A DNA stretch of 64,000 bases from Candidatus Chisholmbacteria bacterium (GTDB lineage: Bacteria > Patescibacteriota > Microgenomatia > UBA1400 > Chisholmbacteraceae), in the NCBI GenBank assembly GCA_963704905.1, contig CAVPHZ010000001.1:643438-707437 (forward strand), written 5' to 3'. The stretch's first letter is position 1. Each line of letters starts with the position of its first letter. Shown piece after piece: positions 19,903 to 29,480 of the stretch. The notes under the pieces are model-generated. The model did not search any database. It worked only from the letters and a program-made list of their open reading frames with translations, and was not told the origin of the DNA. Made by a program: the position numbers and the translations under genes.

Positions 19903-20826
19903 ATTCCCTTAAGAATGTTTTGTTTGTTTTTTCTTGCTTTACGAGTAGATTGCAGGTTTTGGAAATTCCAAATTAATGCGTTGATTTGAGCTTTCAAGAG
20001 TGTCCAGGTGTTTTGTGGACCGGTTGTGAGAAGGCGATACATCGGTACAAGTATGAATTGGACAGGGAAATAGGTAAGCATTTGGAGTGGGGCTGCGTTT
20101 TTTTAGAACGCAACGGAAGCGACCGCGGAAGTGATTGAAGATTGAAGAATAGTTTTCACCAGCCATTTTTCCAGTTCTTCGAAACCCATGATGAATAACA
20201 GCTTTGGGTGTGTACATGATTTTGTAGCCAACTTGTTTGATTGTGAGTGAGAGATCGTAATCTTCACCAGCAAAGAAATACCCCTCGTCAAAGTAACCGG
20301 CTTTTTGTAGTGCTTCTTTTTTCATCATCATTCCAGGACCGGAGAACCAATCTGATTCTCTGATTTGATCTTCATTTGAAGTATCGTAAGGTTGGTAACC
20401 GAGCCAAGGATTGAGACGGAAGCCAGGCCAGGCTGAAGTGTCCTTTGGTTTTAGATAGAGCAGTTTGCCACTTACCATGCCGATTGATGGATCTGAGATT
20501 AAGAGCTTAACTAACTCTTCGATGCAGGTTCTATTGAATGTAGCGTCGTCGTTGGTAATAAAGATTAGTCTACCTTTGGCTTTTTTGGCTGCAATGTTGA
20601 GAGCAGGAGCGAAACCGAGGTTGTGTTTTTTTCTTATGATATCGGCATTAGGGTAGTGCTTTTTAATACTTTGCACAGTTTTATCTGAAGATCCATTGTC
20701 GACGATAATAACTTCAATCTTGTTTTTTGGATATGTTTGTTGCTTTAGTGAATCAAAGAAATCTGGGAGGAGTTTGGCACTATTGAGTGTTGGAAAAATG
20801 ACTGATATCAATGGCTTCTTGTTCAT
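19899..20826 (-). pseudogene. GT2 glycosyltransferase with a frameshift in an A7 run (pseudogene, phase variation or sequence error)
   Basis: ORF 19939-20826 has the GT2 core; removing one A at 20098-20104 gives ...RCVLKNAAPLQMLTYFP, joining ORF 19899-20081, whose stop overlaps the next ATG. Confidence 0.75.
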
Positions 20827-20866
20827 GTGACTTATGTTGTCACTTTACTGGAGATGATAGTTGGAA

Positions 20867-21649
20867 TCAAGAATTCGGAATTACTTGAATTGCGTGTTTT
20901 ACCATGAAGCGGAGTTTGGATTTATACCAAATGAGATATTTTTTCCAAGAGGGAAAGGCATCAAAGGATTGGCTTTGGCCATGGTAGAAGATAATTGTTG
21001 GATCGTATACAACATTCCATCCAGCTTTTTTTGCTCTCAGGCAAAGGTCAGCATCTTCGAAATAGATTGGGAAAAACTTTTCATCAAAAAGACCGATTTT
21101 ATCGAGGACTTTTTTACTTATCATCATGGCTCCACCATCAACCCAAAGTGGATTTTTTTCAATGTCTGGTGAGCGTGGGTCATCTTTAACTAGTCCAAGT
21201 AAAAAGTTGAAGTCGTGTCCATGAGAAGCAATTATTATTGGTTTATCTTTGAAATATATTTTTCCTCCAAGAATACCAATGTTTTTTCTGTTTTCCATTT
21301 TACTTACCATTTTCTTGATACTATTGGGTGTTACTATTAAATCTTCATTGCCGACGAAAATGTATTTTCCGTTACTCTTTGTTATCCCTAGATTTACAGC
21401 TTTGGCAAAGCCAAGGTTCTTTTTAGGAGAAATGAAAATAACTTCAGGAAACTTATTTTGAGTTTGTTTGGGTAAGGCATGAGAGTTGTTAAAGATGATA
21501 ATGATTTCAAGCTTTTCTTTTGGATAGTTCAATTTCTTTATTGACTCGTAAAATTCTTTAAAGTCCTTGCTCACTTTCATGATCGGACTGATAAGGGTTA
21601 CTTTTGGGAGATTAGATGAGTTGGTCTTTCCAAGTGGCGGGTGTTTCAT
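20867..21649 (-). CDS. glycosyltransferase family 2 (start uncertain)
   Basis: NLGFAKAVNLG, FVGNED, GLFDEKFFPIYFEDADLC. Confidence 0.88.
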   Translation of the reverse strand: MKHPPLGKTNSSNLPKVTLISPIMKVSKDFKEFYESIKKLNYPKEKLEIIIIFNNSHALPKQTQNKFPEVIFISPKKNLGFAKAVNLGITKSNGKYIFVGNEDLIVTPNSIKKMVSKMENRKNIGILGGKIYFKDKPIIIASHGHDFNFLLGLVKDDPRSPDIEKNPLWVDGGAMMISKKVLDKIGLFDEKFFPIYFEDADLCLRAKKAGWNVVYDPTIIFYHGQSQSFDAFPSWKKYLIWYKSKLRFMVKHAIQVIPNS

Positions 21650-22634
21650 TGGTTTCGAGTTCTAGCTCTTTTAGGTATTTAAATTTCTGTGGTCCTAACG
21701 TTTTTGCCCATTCTACAGTCCTTTTGATACCTTCTTTTAAGCTGACTTCTGGTTTGAAACCAAGAAGTTTTCTGGATTTCTTATCGGTACAATACGCGTT
21801 TTTTACTTCCAGAGGTCGGTCTGGTCCGTGAATTGGCTTGAGATGATCGTGGATAGTTTCACCTCTAGTGAAGTGTGTGAGCACCTCATTTGAAATGTGG
21901 TTGATCGTGTGTTCTTCTCTTGGTCCGATGTTGATTATTTCTCCATTGGTTCGACGAAGAATTCCTGCTTTGGCGATGTAGGGAGTGACATCAGTGATGT
22001 AGCTAAAGGCTCGTTTTTGTTTTCCGTCACCGTAGATGTAGGGTGGTTTTTCTTGGAGTATACGATTAATAAAGATGGCAATGACATTTCTATACGGATC
22101 GTCCATTCTCTGGCGTGGTCCATAGACATTGTGAGGGCGAATGATGGTGAATTCAATCCCGTAGACTTGTGAAAACACTTTGGTCGCATGTTCCATGGCA
22201 GCTTTGGCGATGCCATAGATATCAACGGGTTTGGGTGGAAGACCTTCATGGAAGGGTGGTTCTTGGTTTCCATACACACTCATTGAAGAGGTTATGACAA
22301 CACGCTTGGTCTTGGCTTTAACAGCACCAACTAAGAGGTTGAGGGTGGCGATGTAATTTCGCTGCGTACAGGAGATAGGAGTAAATTGGCTGCGGCCTTC
22401 GGTCGCGTCTGCAGCCAGATGGTAGATGATTTCTGGTTTGTACTTGTTGATGGCTGAAATGGTTTTGTTTTTGTTTCGAAGATCGATCTTTTCAAAGGTG
22501 CTCTTTTTGTTGATGTTGATTTTGAAGCCACCTGAAAGATCGTCGATGCCAATGACTTGGTGATCGTTATTGATGAGATGGTCAACTAAGTGGCTGCCTA
22601 TGAAACCGGCTGCGCCTGTGACAAGGATTTTCAT
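21612..22634 (-). CDS. NAD-dependent epimerase/dehydratase
   Basis: TGAAGFIGSHL, SSMSVYG, YGIAK, NVYGP. Confidence 0.93.
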   Translation of the reverse strand: MKILVTGAAGFIGSHLVDHLINNDHQVIGIDDLSGGFKININKKSTFEKIDLRNKNKTISAINKYKPEIIYHLAADATEGRSQFTPISCTQRNYIATLNLLVGAVKAKTKRVVITSSMSVYGNQEPPFHEGLPPKPVDIYGIAKAAMEHATKVFSQVYGIEFTIIRPHNVYGPRQRMDDPYRNVIAIFINRILQEKPPYIYGDGKQKRAFSYITDVTPYIAKAGILRRTNGEIINIGPREEHTINHISNEVLTHFTRGETIHDHLKPIHGPDRPLEVKNAYCTDKKSRKLLGFKPEVSLKEGIKRTVEWAKTLGPQKFKYLKELELETNETPATWKDQLI

Positions 22635-22661
22635 ATTACTACTTTTGACTATAGCACAGGT

Positions 22662-23501
22662 TTATTTGTGGCAGATTGCGTGGATGTTTCCACCAAGGAG
22701 GTAGAGTAGGGTAGTGACTAATCCTGATGAAGATAGCCAACCAGAATTTGAAGAATTTGATTTTTTCAATATAGCAGTTGGGCCGAAAGGGAAGACAGTG
22801 AGCGTTGCTTCAACTTTTTTGAATTTGTTTAGAGCGTTTTCCCAAGCGGGAAGGTCAAAGCTGGTTTCGATGATGCCAGCATCGGTCTCTGATTTTCCGA
22901 TTTCTGATATGAAATGAAGGAGGCCGATCCATTTCAATGGTTTTTCCCACCAGCGGAGTTTGGTGGGGCGACGCCAGAGTTTGAGGTTGAATTTTTGCAT
23001 GACCGGTTCCTCGTTAAAGAAAAATACCCCTTTTGGTTTTAGTACTCGATATGCCTCTTCTATGATTGGCTCTGGATCGGGAAAATGATGAAGGGTTTGG
23101 TAGATGAAGACGAGTTCGAACGAGTTGGACTTAAACGGCAGTTTATATGCATCGGCACTGATCGGTTGAGGAATTTTATTCAGTTTTAGGGTAGATTTTA
23201 TTTCTCTGGATTGTTTGAGGCTTTCGTATGAAAGATCGAGCATGATGCCTTGTTCGCCGAATTCTGATGAGAGAAGCATGGCTCGTTGGCCTCGCTCGGC
23301 TCCAATTTCAAGAAATGGTGATAAGTCCCGATCCTGTCGTTGGAGCTCTTGAAAGTCAAGACGAGTTTTGTTGTTTCGATTTCGTAGTTCCTGAACAAGT
23401 TCTACCTTAGTTGGTTCAGCGTCTTCATACCCGCCTTGGTTGAGGTTTTTACGATAGGTGATTTCGGCCTGTTTTTGTTCCGGTGTCTGATATCTGGTCA
23501 T
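22662..23501 (-). CDS. class I SAM-dependent methyltransferase
   Basis: LEIGAERG, DAYKLPF, LHHFPDP, RVLKPKG; likely start ATG 23501 overlapping the upstream TGA. Confidence 0.85.
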   Translation of the reverse strand: MTRYQTPEQKQAEITYRKNLNQGGYEDAEPTKVELVQELRNRNNKTRLDFQELQRQDRDLSPFLEIGAERGQRAMLLSSEFGEQGIMLDLSYESLKQSREIKSTLKLNKIPQPISADAYKLPFKSNSFELVFIYQTLHHFPDPEPIIEEAYRVLKPKGVFFFNEEPVMQKFNLKLWRRPTKLRWWEKPLKWIGLLHFISEIGKSETDAGIIETSFDLPAWENALNKFKKVEATLTVFPFGPTAILKKSNSSNSGWLSSSGLVTTLLYLLGGNIHAICHK

Positions 23502-24286
23502 TTTCTTCGCGAGATGATGAAATAGGCACTGGGTGGGTTTAACGATTGCGGAAGAAATGGCAGAAACAGACGAAGATTGGTGGGATATGTCCAAAATCCG
23601 TGGAAAATTATTTTAAGATTCGCTCGATCATACATTGTCTTTATTTCTTTGAAATAAAAGGGCATTTCGATAGGCTGCTGCTTGATGTTTTTGAGTTTAG
23701 CTGCTAATTTTCTGAGCTGGCGGGCAAATGGAAATGGAAGCTCACGGTGGATGGTTTGGACTTGCATTGGGGCGATGCGGGCCATTTCGTGGAGGGCTTT
23801 TTGTGGATCAGCGAAATGCTCAAAGCTACCAGCACAGAGAGCAATGTCGAAGTGATCATCGGGGAAAGGGAGATATTCGGCGGCACAGCAGACAAGATGT
23901 TTTGCTCCGTTCTTTTTAGCCTTGAGGAGGGCATTAAAAGAGAAATCTGATCCAAGTGTGGTTGGTGAGAGATGCTCAATCCAGCCTTCTCCGCAAGCAA
24001 TATCCAACGTTTTGTTCCCACGAGCAATTGCAGCGAGTGCTTCGTATGAACCGTCATCGACTTTCAGCCAGTCATCTTCATAGAGTCGGTCGTATCCGTC
24101 CAGGCTGGTTTTTAGAAGTTTGTCTCTGAGTGCTTTTTGTGGAAGGAGGATAGGGATACCCATTTTAATGGGGTAAGATTCTTTGCAATTAGTACAGACG
24201 AGTTTTGAATTGTTCTTTTTGAGTGGCGTGTGGCAGTTGGGACAGACAAGCATGTGTATTGAAGCGTCGTTTTTTTTGGTTACCAT
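23498..24286 (-). CDS. Trm112-like Zn-ribbon fused to a SAM methyltransferase
   Basis: LVCPNCH...LVCTNC..YPI..GIPIL followed by LDIACGEG, LPFPDD.FD. Confidence 0.85.
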   Translation of the reverse strand: MVTKKNDASIHMLVCPNCHTPLKKNNSKLVCTNCKESYPIKMGIPILLPQKALRDKLLKTSLDGYDRLYEDDWLKVDDGSYEALAAIARGNKTLDIACGEGWIEHLSPTTLGSDFSFNALLKAKKNGAKHLVCCAAEYLPFPDDHFDIALCAGSFEHFADPQKALHEMARIAPMQVQTIHRELPFPFARQLRKLAAKLKNIKQQPIEMPFYFKEIKTMYDRANLKIIFHGFWTYPTNLRLFLPFLPQSLNPPSAYFIISRRK

Positions 24287-24314
24287 GACTACTTTAGTTT
24301 ATCAGAGTTGGAAT

Positions 24315-27122
24315 CTAGTATTCGTTTGACCACCAGTTTCGCATCGGATTTGAGACTCTTTTTTTCAATAGTTTTCTGAAAGGTTCAAGAGGTTTAGTGG
24401 TAAAGCTGAGGGTAATAGTAATGATGATTGTGAGTAGACTCATAGTCGGCAACCCCCAAGTTGTGAGGTTACCTCTAAATCTGAGATCGACTTCTATCGA
24501 ACTTTGCCAAAGGTCTTTTGGAATTGGAATGTACATGAAGCCAAAACTTGCTTTAAGAATTGGAGCTTTGGATCCATTTACCGTTGCCTTCCAGCCTGGA
24601 TGGTAATTTTCTTTAAACATGATACCGGTAGCGTTGGTGGTTCTGATATTGACTGTTGAGGGGTTTGGACGCTCTACGAGGAAATCTCCGGTGGTGATGT
24701 CTGTCTGTGCCACATCTTCCATGATGTTGGCAAGAAGTTCTACCTCTTCAAAGTTGTTGTAACTGATAATGTGGTAGGGCAAGTTGAAGCCCGAGAAGAT
24801 AATTTTACCTTCACCGATAGTACCTTCTGAGAGAATTGGACGGTTGTTTTGCAGAAGCACTGGAGTGACCCATTCTTCAAGCTGTGTTTGGCTAGAAGGG
24901 GCTACGATTTTCCAGGCATCTTGTCCGTAGCGAAGCGGAGCAAATTGGGATTTGTTTATGCCTTGGATTAGCGGTGAGTTCAGCTCTTTGAGCTGCCATT
25001 CTGATTCTTCATCGTACAGCTCAAGCGATTCTATTCCAGGAACTTGCGGTATATTTGTGCCATATTTTTCTACAGCTCCAATATCTACATACACAAGTCC
25101 ACCATTTTCGATGAATGTTTCTATGGTTTGCCACTCGGATCCGGTGAATTGATATAACACCAATGCGTCGACTTGGTTGAGGAGCTGTTGATTTAGATCA
25201 TTTATTGATTCAGGTCCTTTGATGAGGATGAGATTTTTTAAGGCTGGATAAGTAAATGAAAATGCCCGTAACAAGGTGTCGTAGCCAGATCGGTCTGTGA
25301 CGGTGAGGACACGACCTGCATTGGTTGGGGTGATTATTGGGGAAGTGTACTCTCTGCTCAGCTCGGAAAATGTCCAATTCTTGAGTTTTTCATCCTTTGC
25401 AATTAGACCTCTCATCCCAATGATATCGGAGTCGTATCCCACGAGATCTGCACCTACCGATTCTGATGACTCATGGATGTAGCCGATCCCATATGCTTCC
25501 AGAAGTGAGAGACCTCGATTTTTTCTCAGCCTTTCGGGAGTTTGGTCGTCAGGAGTGGGAGTGAGCAGGGACTTTTGGAAGAAAAAGAGCCAGTCTTGAC
25601 CGGATTCTGGAGGAAGGTTGGCGTACCCCCTTATTGAGGGGGTATTTGAATACGCATTCCACCAGATATAAAAATTGGGACGAATGCTTTCAACACGCCA
25701 GTTATGATCATTTACAGGCATCCAATTGGGAATGACTTCTGAGGTTGGAGACTCTTGATATTTTTCAATAATATATTTTTCAAGCCCGGCTGGAATTGTG
25801 GCGGAGATGGGAGTGACTCGAGTAATGTCAAAGCGAAGCGTGTTTGAAACGATTGGTAGCGAAAGCGCGATGAGAATGACAAAGACAGAGCTAGTCATGG
25901 TTGCGATTTTTTCGTCCAAGGATTTAATTCTTCCAAAAGCCGTTGCTGCTAGGGTGAGAATAGATAGACTCAGAGCCCAAAACATTTGTTGAGGGGCAAA
26001 TTCTCCTGAAATGTTGTTGATAAGCTTGAGTTTTGCGAGCATCACGAAGGTTACCAGCCATACGATTATGATCGTTAGACTTTTTAGTTGACTTGGTGTT
26101 GAAGTGCGTTTTTTCCAGATGAGATAGATCAATGGCAATAGGAATGTTGCAACTGGAATAAGCATTGTGAGGCTAAACCAGCGAAGGTCTTCCGGGTAGT
26201 TACCCCAGCAAAGAAGATTGTTACATGGACCAGCAGTTGTGCCTGCGATTTGGCCGTTTATTAATTGAAATGAGACTGGTAGCGAGGCTAGTATGGCAAT
26301 ACCTAAAAACAAGACAATCTGACTAGCCTTTGTTTTGAATGGCTGTTTGTCTGAGAAAAAGAGAAATATGAGTACCGGTATGATAATGGTTATGATGGCA
26401 GAGATTGGATGGAGGAGGAGAGCAGCTGCAGCAAGTAGTGCAGCGGTAGTGAGATAGCCATGCTTTCGACGAAATGAGAATTTACTGATGAGTAGGAGGA
26501 TGATTGGAAGTAGCAGAGCGACACTTGAAATAGGAATTGTTCCCTTGACAACGACGTTGAAGTAGGTAGCAGGAGTGATAAGCAGAATGAAGGTGAATAT
26601 GAGAGCAACGAGAATGCTTCTACTCTTTTCAAAAAAGAGGATGATCGCACTTATTAGATAGAAAAGGATCATCAGCATTGCAGCAAGTTGCAGGCTGGTG
26701 ACAGTGTCGAGAAAATGGGTAAGTGGTGAAATGAGATAGTAGAAGAGTGTGGGGTAGCCACCAATTACTGGCACACCTTCATTCCAGAATGACATCCAGC
26801 CGGTTGGAGGAAATGGTTTTTGTTGGGAGATGAATTTGAACAGTGTTAGGTCGTTGAGGAACAAGCCGCCGAAGACCTGGTTTGCTTCAAGGTAGGGTTT
26901 GGCAATTCTAATGTACCAGATGACAGTGATGAGGATTGCTGAGCATGCCAGAAGTACTAGGTTGAAACCTTCTTTGGCGAGTGATGCGAGTAATTTTTTT
27001 TTAAATTCAGTTTCGGATTGTTGCTCAACTTGTTTTGTAACAGCAAGTTTTGAAACAAAGGTTCTGGTACGTTGTCTTCGATTGAATGATCTTCGCTTCG
27101 TCATACTTTTGTTGTTTTCCAT
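24315..27122 (-). CDS. large YfhO-like GT-C membrane protein (paralog 3)
   Basis: FWNEGVP..GYP, IWWN, RGYA, FSGFNLPYH, FKENYHPGW.A.VNG, final TM, WWSNEY end; start may be 27104. Confidence 0.7.
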   Translation of the reverse strand: MENNKSMTKRRSFNRRQRTRTFVSKLAVTKQVEQQSETEFKKKLLASLAKEGFNLVLLACSAILITVIWYIRIAKPYLEANQVFGGLFLNDLTLFKFISQQKPFPPTGWMSFWNEGVPVIGGYPTLFYYLISPLTHFLDTVTSLQLAAMLMILFYLISAIILFFEKSRSILVALIFTFILLITPATYFNVVVKGTIPISSVALLLPIILLLISKFSFRRKHGYLTTAALLAAAALLLHPISAIITIIIPVLIFLFFSDKQPFKTKASQIVLFLGIAILASLPVSFQLINGQIAGTTAGPCNNLLCWGNYPEDLRWFSLTMLIPVATFLLPLIYLIWKKRTSTPSQLKSLTIIIVWLVTFVMLAKLKLINNISGEFAPQQMFWALSLSILTLAATAFGRIKSLDEKIATMTSSVFVILIALSLPIVSNTLRFDITRVTPISATIPAGLEKYIIEKYQESPTSEVIPNWMPVNDHNWRVESIRPNFYIWWNAYSNTPSIRGYANLPPESGQDWLFFFQKSLLTPTPDDQTPERLRKNRGLSLLEAYGIGYIHESSESVGADLVGYDSDIIGMRGLIAKDEKLKNWTFSELSREYTSPIITPTNAGRVLTVTDRSGYDTLLRAFSFTYPALKNLILIKGPESINDLNQQLLNQVDALVLYQFTGSEWQTIETFIENGGLVYVDIGAVEKYGTNIPQVPGIESLELYDEESEWQLKELNSPLIQGINKSQFAPLRYGQDAWKIVAPSSQTQLEEWVTPVLLQNNRPILSEGTIGEGKIIFSGFNLPYHIISYNNFEEVELLANIMEDVAQTDITTGDFLVERPNPSTVNIRTTNATGIMFKENYHPGWKATVNGSKAPILKASFGFMYIPIPKDLWQSSIEVDLRFRGNLTTWGLPTMSLLTIIITITLSFTTKPLEPFRKLLKKRVSNPMRNWWSNEY

Positions 27123-27907
27123 TTAATGACTAGAAGCAACTTCACAGTGAGAAAAGCAACAGTATGGAGTGGTTGGCGCATTAGCTTTAACTTGTGTTTC
27201 CATAAAGGTGCCAATCGGTGTATGAAATTTGACTGCAGGTTAAATACCCTTGGGTGTTTGTCAGCGTACATTTTGATATGTTGGGTGTAGTACCACTTGC
27301 GACTGATATTTTTTTGCAATCCTACGGGCTCGTGATGAAGGAGATGTTGTTTAGATCTCGTGATCGATGCTTTGTCGTTTTGAAGACGGAGACATAAGTC
27401 CCAGTCTTCACCGGCGATGAGGTTTTCATCGAATCCGTCAAGTTTTTTGAAAACGGTTTTTTTTATGAGACGGGGAGATTCTATGAGTGGATCGCCTTGA
27501 TAGCAGTTGCGCTCCAAGGCTATGGATTTTCCCCAGAAATCATGACCAATTGCTTGCTCTGGAATGATCACTGCATCACTATTTATTTCGGCTAGCTTCT
27601 CAAGTTCATGCAATAGTTTATGCGGGAGTTCCATGTCTGCATCCAAAAACAGGAGATATTTGCCTTTGGCTTTGGCTGCCCCTTGGTTTTTTTGTGTTGA
27701 GCGTTCGGGACCGAGGTTGACTATAGAATATGGAATATTGAATTTTGCATGTTTAATAAGTTTCGTTGCCTCTGAAACTGTTTTGTCAGTTGAGAAGTTA
27801 TCTACGATGATGATTTCTTCGGGGAGCACTGAACTTTTGAGGATACTTTTGAGAAGGCGGGGAAGATTCTGTTGCTCGTTTTTGGTGTTGATGATGATGG
27901 AAATCAT
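27101..27907 (-). CDS. glycosyltransferase family 2
   Basis: ISIIINTKNE, VDNFSTD, FLDAD, GFDE...GEDWD. Confidence 0.92.
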   Translation of the reverse strand: MISIIINTKNEQQNLPRLLKSILKSSVLPEEIIIVDNFSTDKTVSEATKLIKHAKFNIPYSIVNLGPERSTQKNQGAAKAKGKYLLFLDADMELPHKLLHELEKLAEINSDAVIIPEQAIGHDFWGKSIALERNCYQGDPLIESPRLIKKTVFKKLDGFDENLIAGEDWDLCLRLQNDKASITRSKQHLLHHEPVGLQKNISRKWYYTQHIKMYADKHPRVFNLQSNFIHRLAPLWKHKLKLMRQPLHTVAFLTVKLLLVIKWKTTKV

Positions 27908-27932
27908 GTGAATTACAGTTAATTGCCAGTGA

Positions 27933-29060
27933 TCAGTGATCAGCAGTTTTATTTATTGCATTTAGAAACTCATCCGTGGTTCGGCTCCATGTGAATTGGG
28001 TGGCATAGGTTATGGCATTGTTGCTCAACCTGGCCCGTAATTTTGGATTGTCAATAAGTTTATTCATCAGACTGGCTACTGATTGAGGTTTATTTTGCTT
28101 AGAGAGCAAACCGGTTCGATTATTTTGAATCGAATCCACTATTCCTGTGACTACATAGGCAATTGATGGGGTGCCGAGGCTGGCGGCTTCGATGATGTTT
28201 AATCCCCAACCTTCTTTTACTGAAGTAGAGAGGATTGCCCAAGAGGAGGCGAGCAGTCTGCGTTTGTCTTCCTCGCTCACAAAGCCGTGAATTTGGACGT
28301 TGTTGTTGAGGTTGAGCTGATTGATTTTATCTTGTAGAAAGCGGATGTAGCTAGGCTTTCCTCGGCCGAGTATGTGCAGTTGGGACTGTGGCGTTTTCTG
28401 TTGAACAATGGCGAAGGCTTTGATGGTTTCTTCGATCCGTTTCATGGGGGTGATTCGACCGAGCGAAATGAACGTTGGGCGTTTCGATTTTGTGTGTGTG
28501 CTTTTTCGTGGGAGAGTAATTCCGGGGGTGATGGTGTGAACATTTTTAACTCCTAGTAATTTAAACTCACTAGCTACTGAGGCTGAGATGACGATAAAGT
28601 GGTGGTTTTGAAATTTGGCTATGTAGGTTCTTTCAAGCATTTTACCGATGAGGTTTCCTGGAAAGGGGACCTCGTAATCCCAGATTTTGTCAGCAAACTC
28701 GAGAGGAAAAAGGATCGTTGGTATGATCGAATAGAGAGGGGTGAAAGAGGGAAGGCCGTGAATTTGATCGACGATGATGTCTGGATTCGGTTCATGAGAA
28801 CGGATAATTTTTCGTACTTCAGATAAGAATAGTGGCCAGCGAAGGTAGCTGGTGAAGTTTGTGGGATAAAAATCTGTAGGACGGATAATACTAACACCAT
28901 TGATTGATTCGCGAGCACTCGCATTCGGATATTTACCGCTGACAATGGTAATTTTGTGACCTCGTTTAACCAACCTTTTGGCAATCTCGTGCGTGAGGAT
29001 TTCCGCTCCACCTGAGAGCGGGTTTTTTATGTCTCGCCATGAGGTAACGAGGATGTGCAT
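27933..29060 (-). CDS. glycosyltransferase family 4
   Basis: WRDIKNPLSGGAE, KEGWGLNIIEAASLGTP; start 29060. Confidence 0.92.
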   Translation of the reverse strand: MHILVTSWRDIKNPLSGGAEILTHEIAKRLVKRGHKITIVSGKYPNASARESINGVSIIRPTDFYPTNFTSYLRWPLFLSEVRKIIRSHEPNPDIIVDQIHGLPSFTPLYSIIPTILFPLEFADKIWDYEVPFPGNLIGKMLERTYIAKFQNHHFIVISASVASEFKLLGVKNVHTITPGITLPRKSTHTKSKRPTFISLGRITPMKRIEETIKAFAIVQQKTPQSQLHILGRGKPSYIRFLQDKINQLNLNNNVQIHGFVSEEDKRRLLASSWAILSTSVKEGWGLNIIEAASLGTPSIAYVVTGIVDSIQNNRTGLLSKQNKPQSVASLMNKLIDNPKLRARLSNNAITYATQFTWSRTTDEFLNAINKTADH

Positions 29061-29110
29061 GGTGGGGCGATTGTAACACGGCTTTTTCTCGTTTGTTATA
29101 ATCAAGTCAT

Positions 29111-29476
29111 ATGGGTGAGGAAGAGAGCATAGGGAAACAAGCTTTTAACTTTCGTTGGGCAACTAATAGTCAGAAAGAGAAATTTGCGTATGTGGACGAT
29201 GAAGCCAGGAGTCTTCGTTTGTTTGTAAAACCTATTCGAGGTCCAGGTGGTAGTGGGGAGTTACAGATTGCACTATTTAGGATAAAGGATGGACACGTGA
29301 TTGATGAGCTTGGAAATGTATTTGAAAAGGGTACAGAAGAGGATGTCGCCGAAGCAGTTGATACCTATATGGCTCGGCTTGGCCAAGTAAAGAAACCTGA
29401 GGATATCTTTGAAGACTCCTATGAAGCTACGCGTCTGTCCTTAAGAAAGATGGCAAAACAATTTGCTGATGAATGA
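29111..29476 (+). CDS. hypothetical protein
   Basis: 121-aa ORF preceded by TGnTATAAT. Confidence 0.65.
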   Translation: MGEEESIGKQAFNFRWATNSQKEKFAYVDDEARSLRLFVKPIRGPGGSGELQIALFRIKDGHVIDELGNVFEKGTEEDVAEAVDTYMARLGQVKKPEDIFEDSYEATRLSLRKMAKQFADE

Positions 29477-29480
29477 AATG

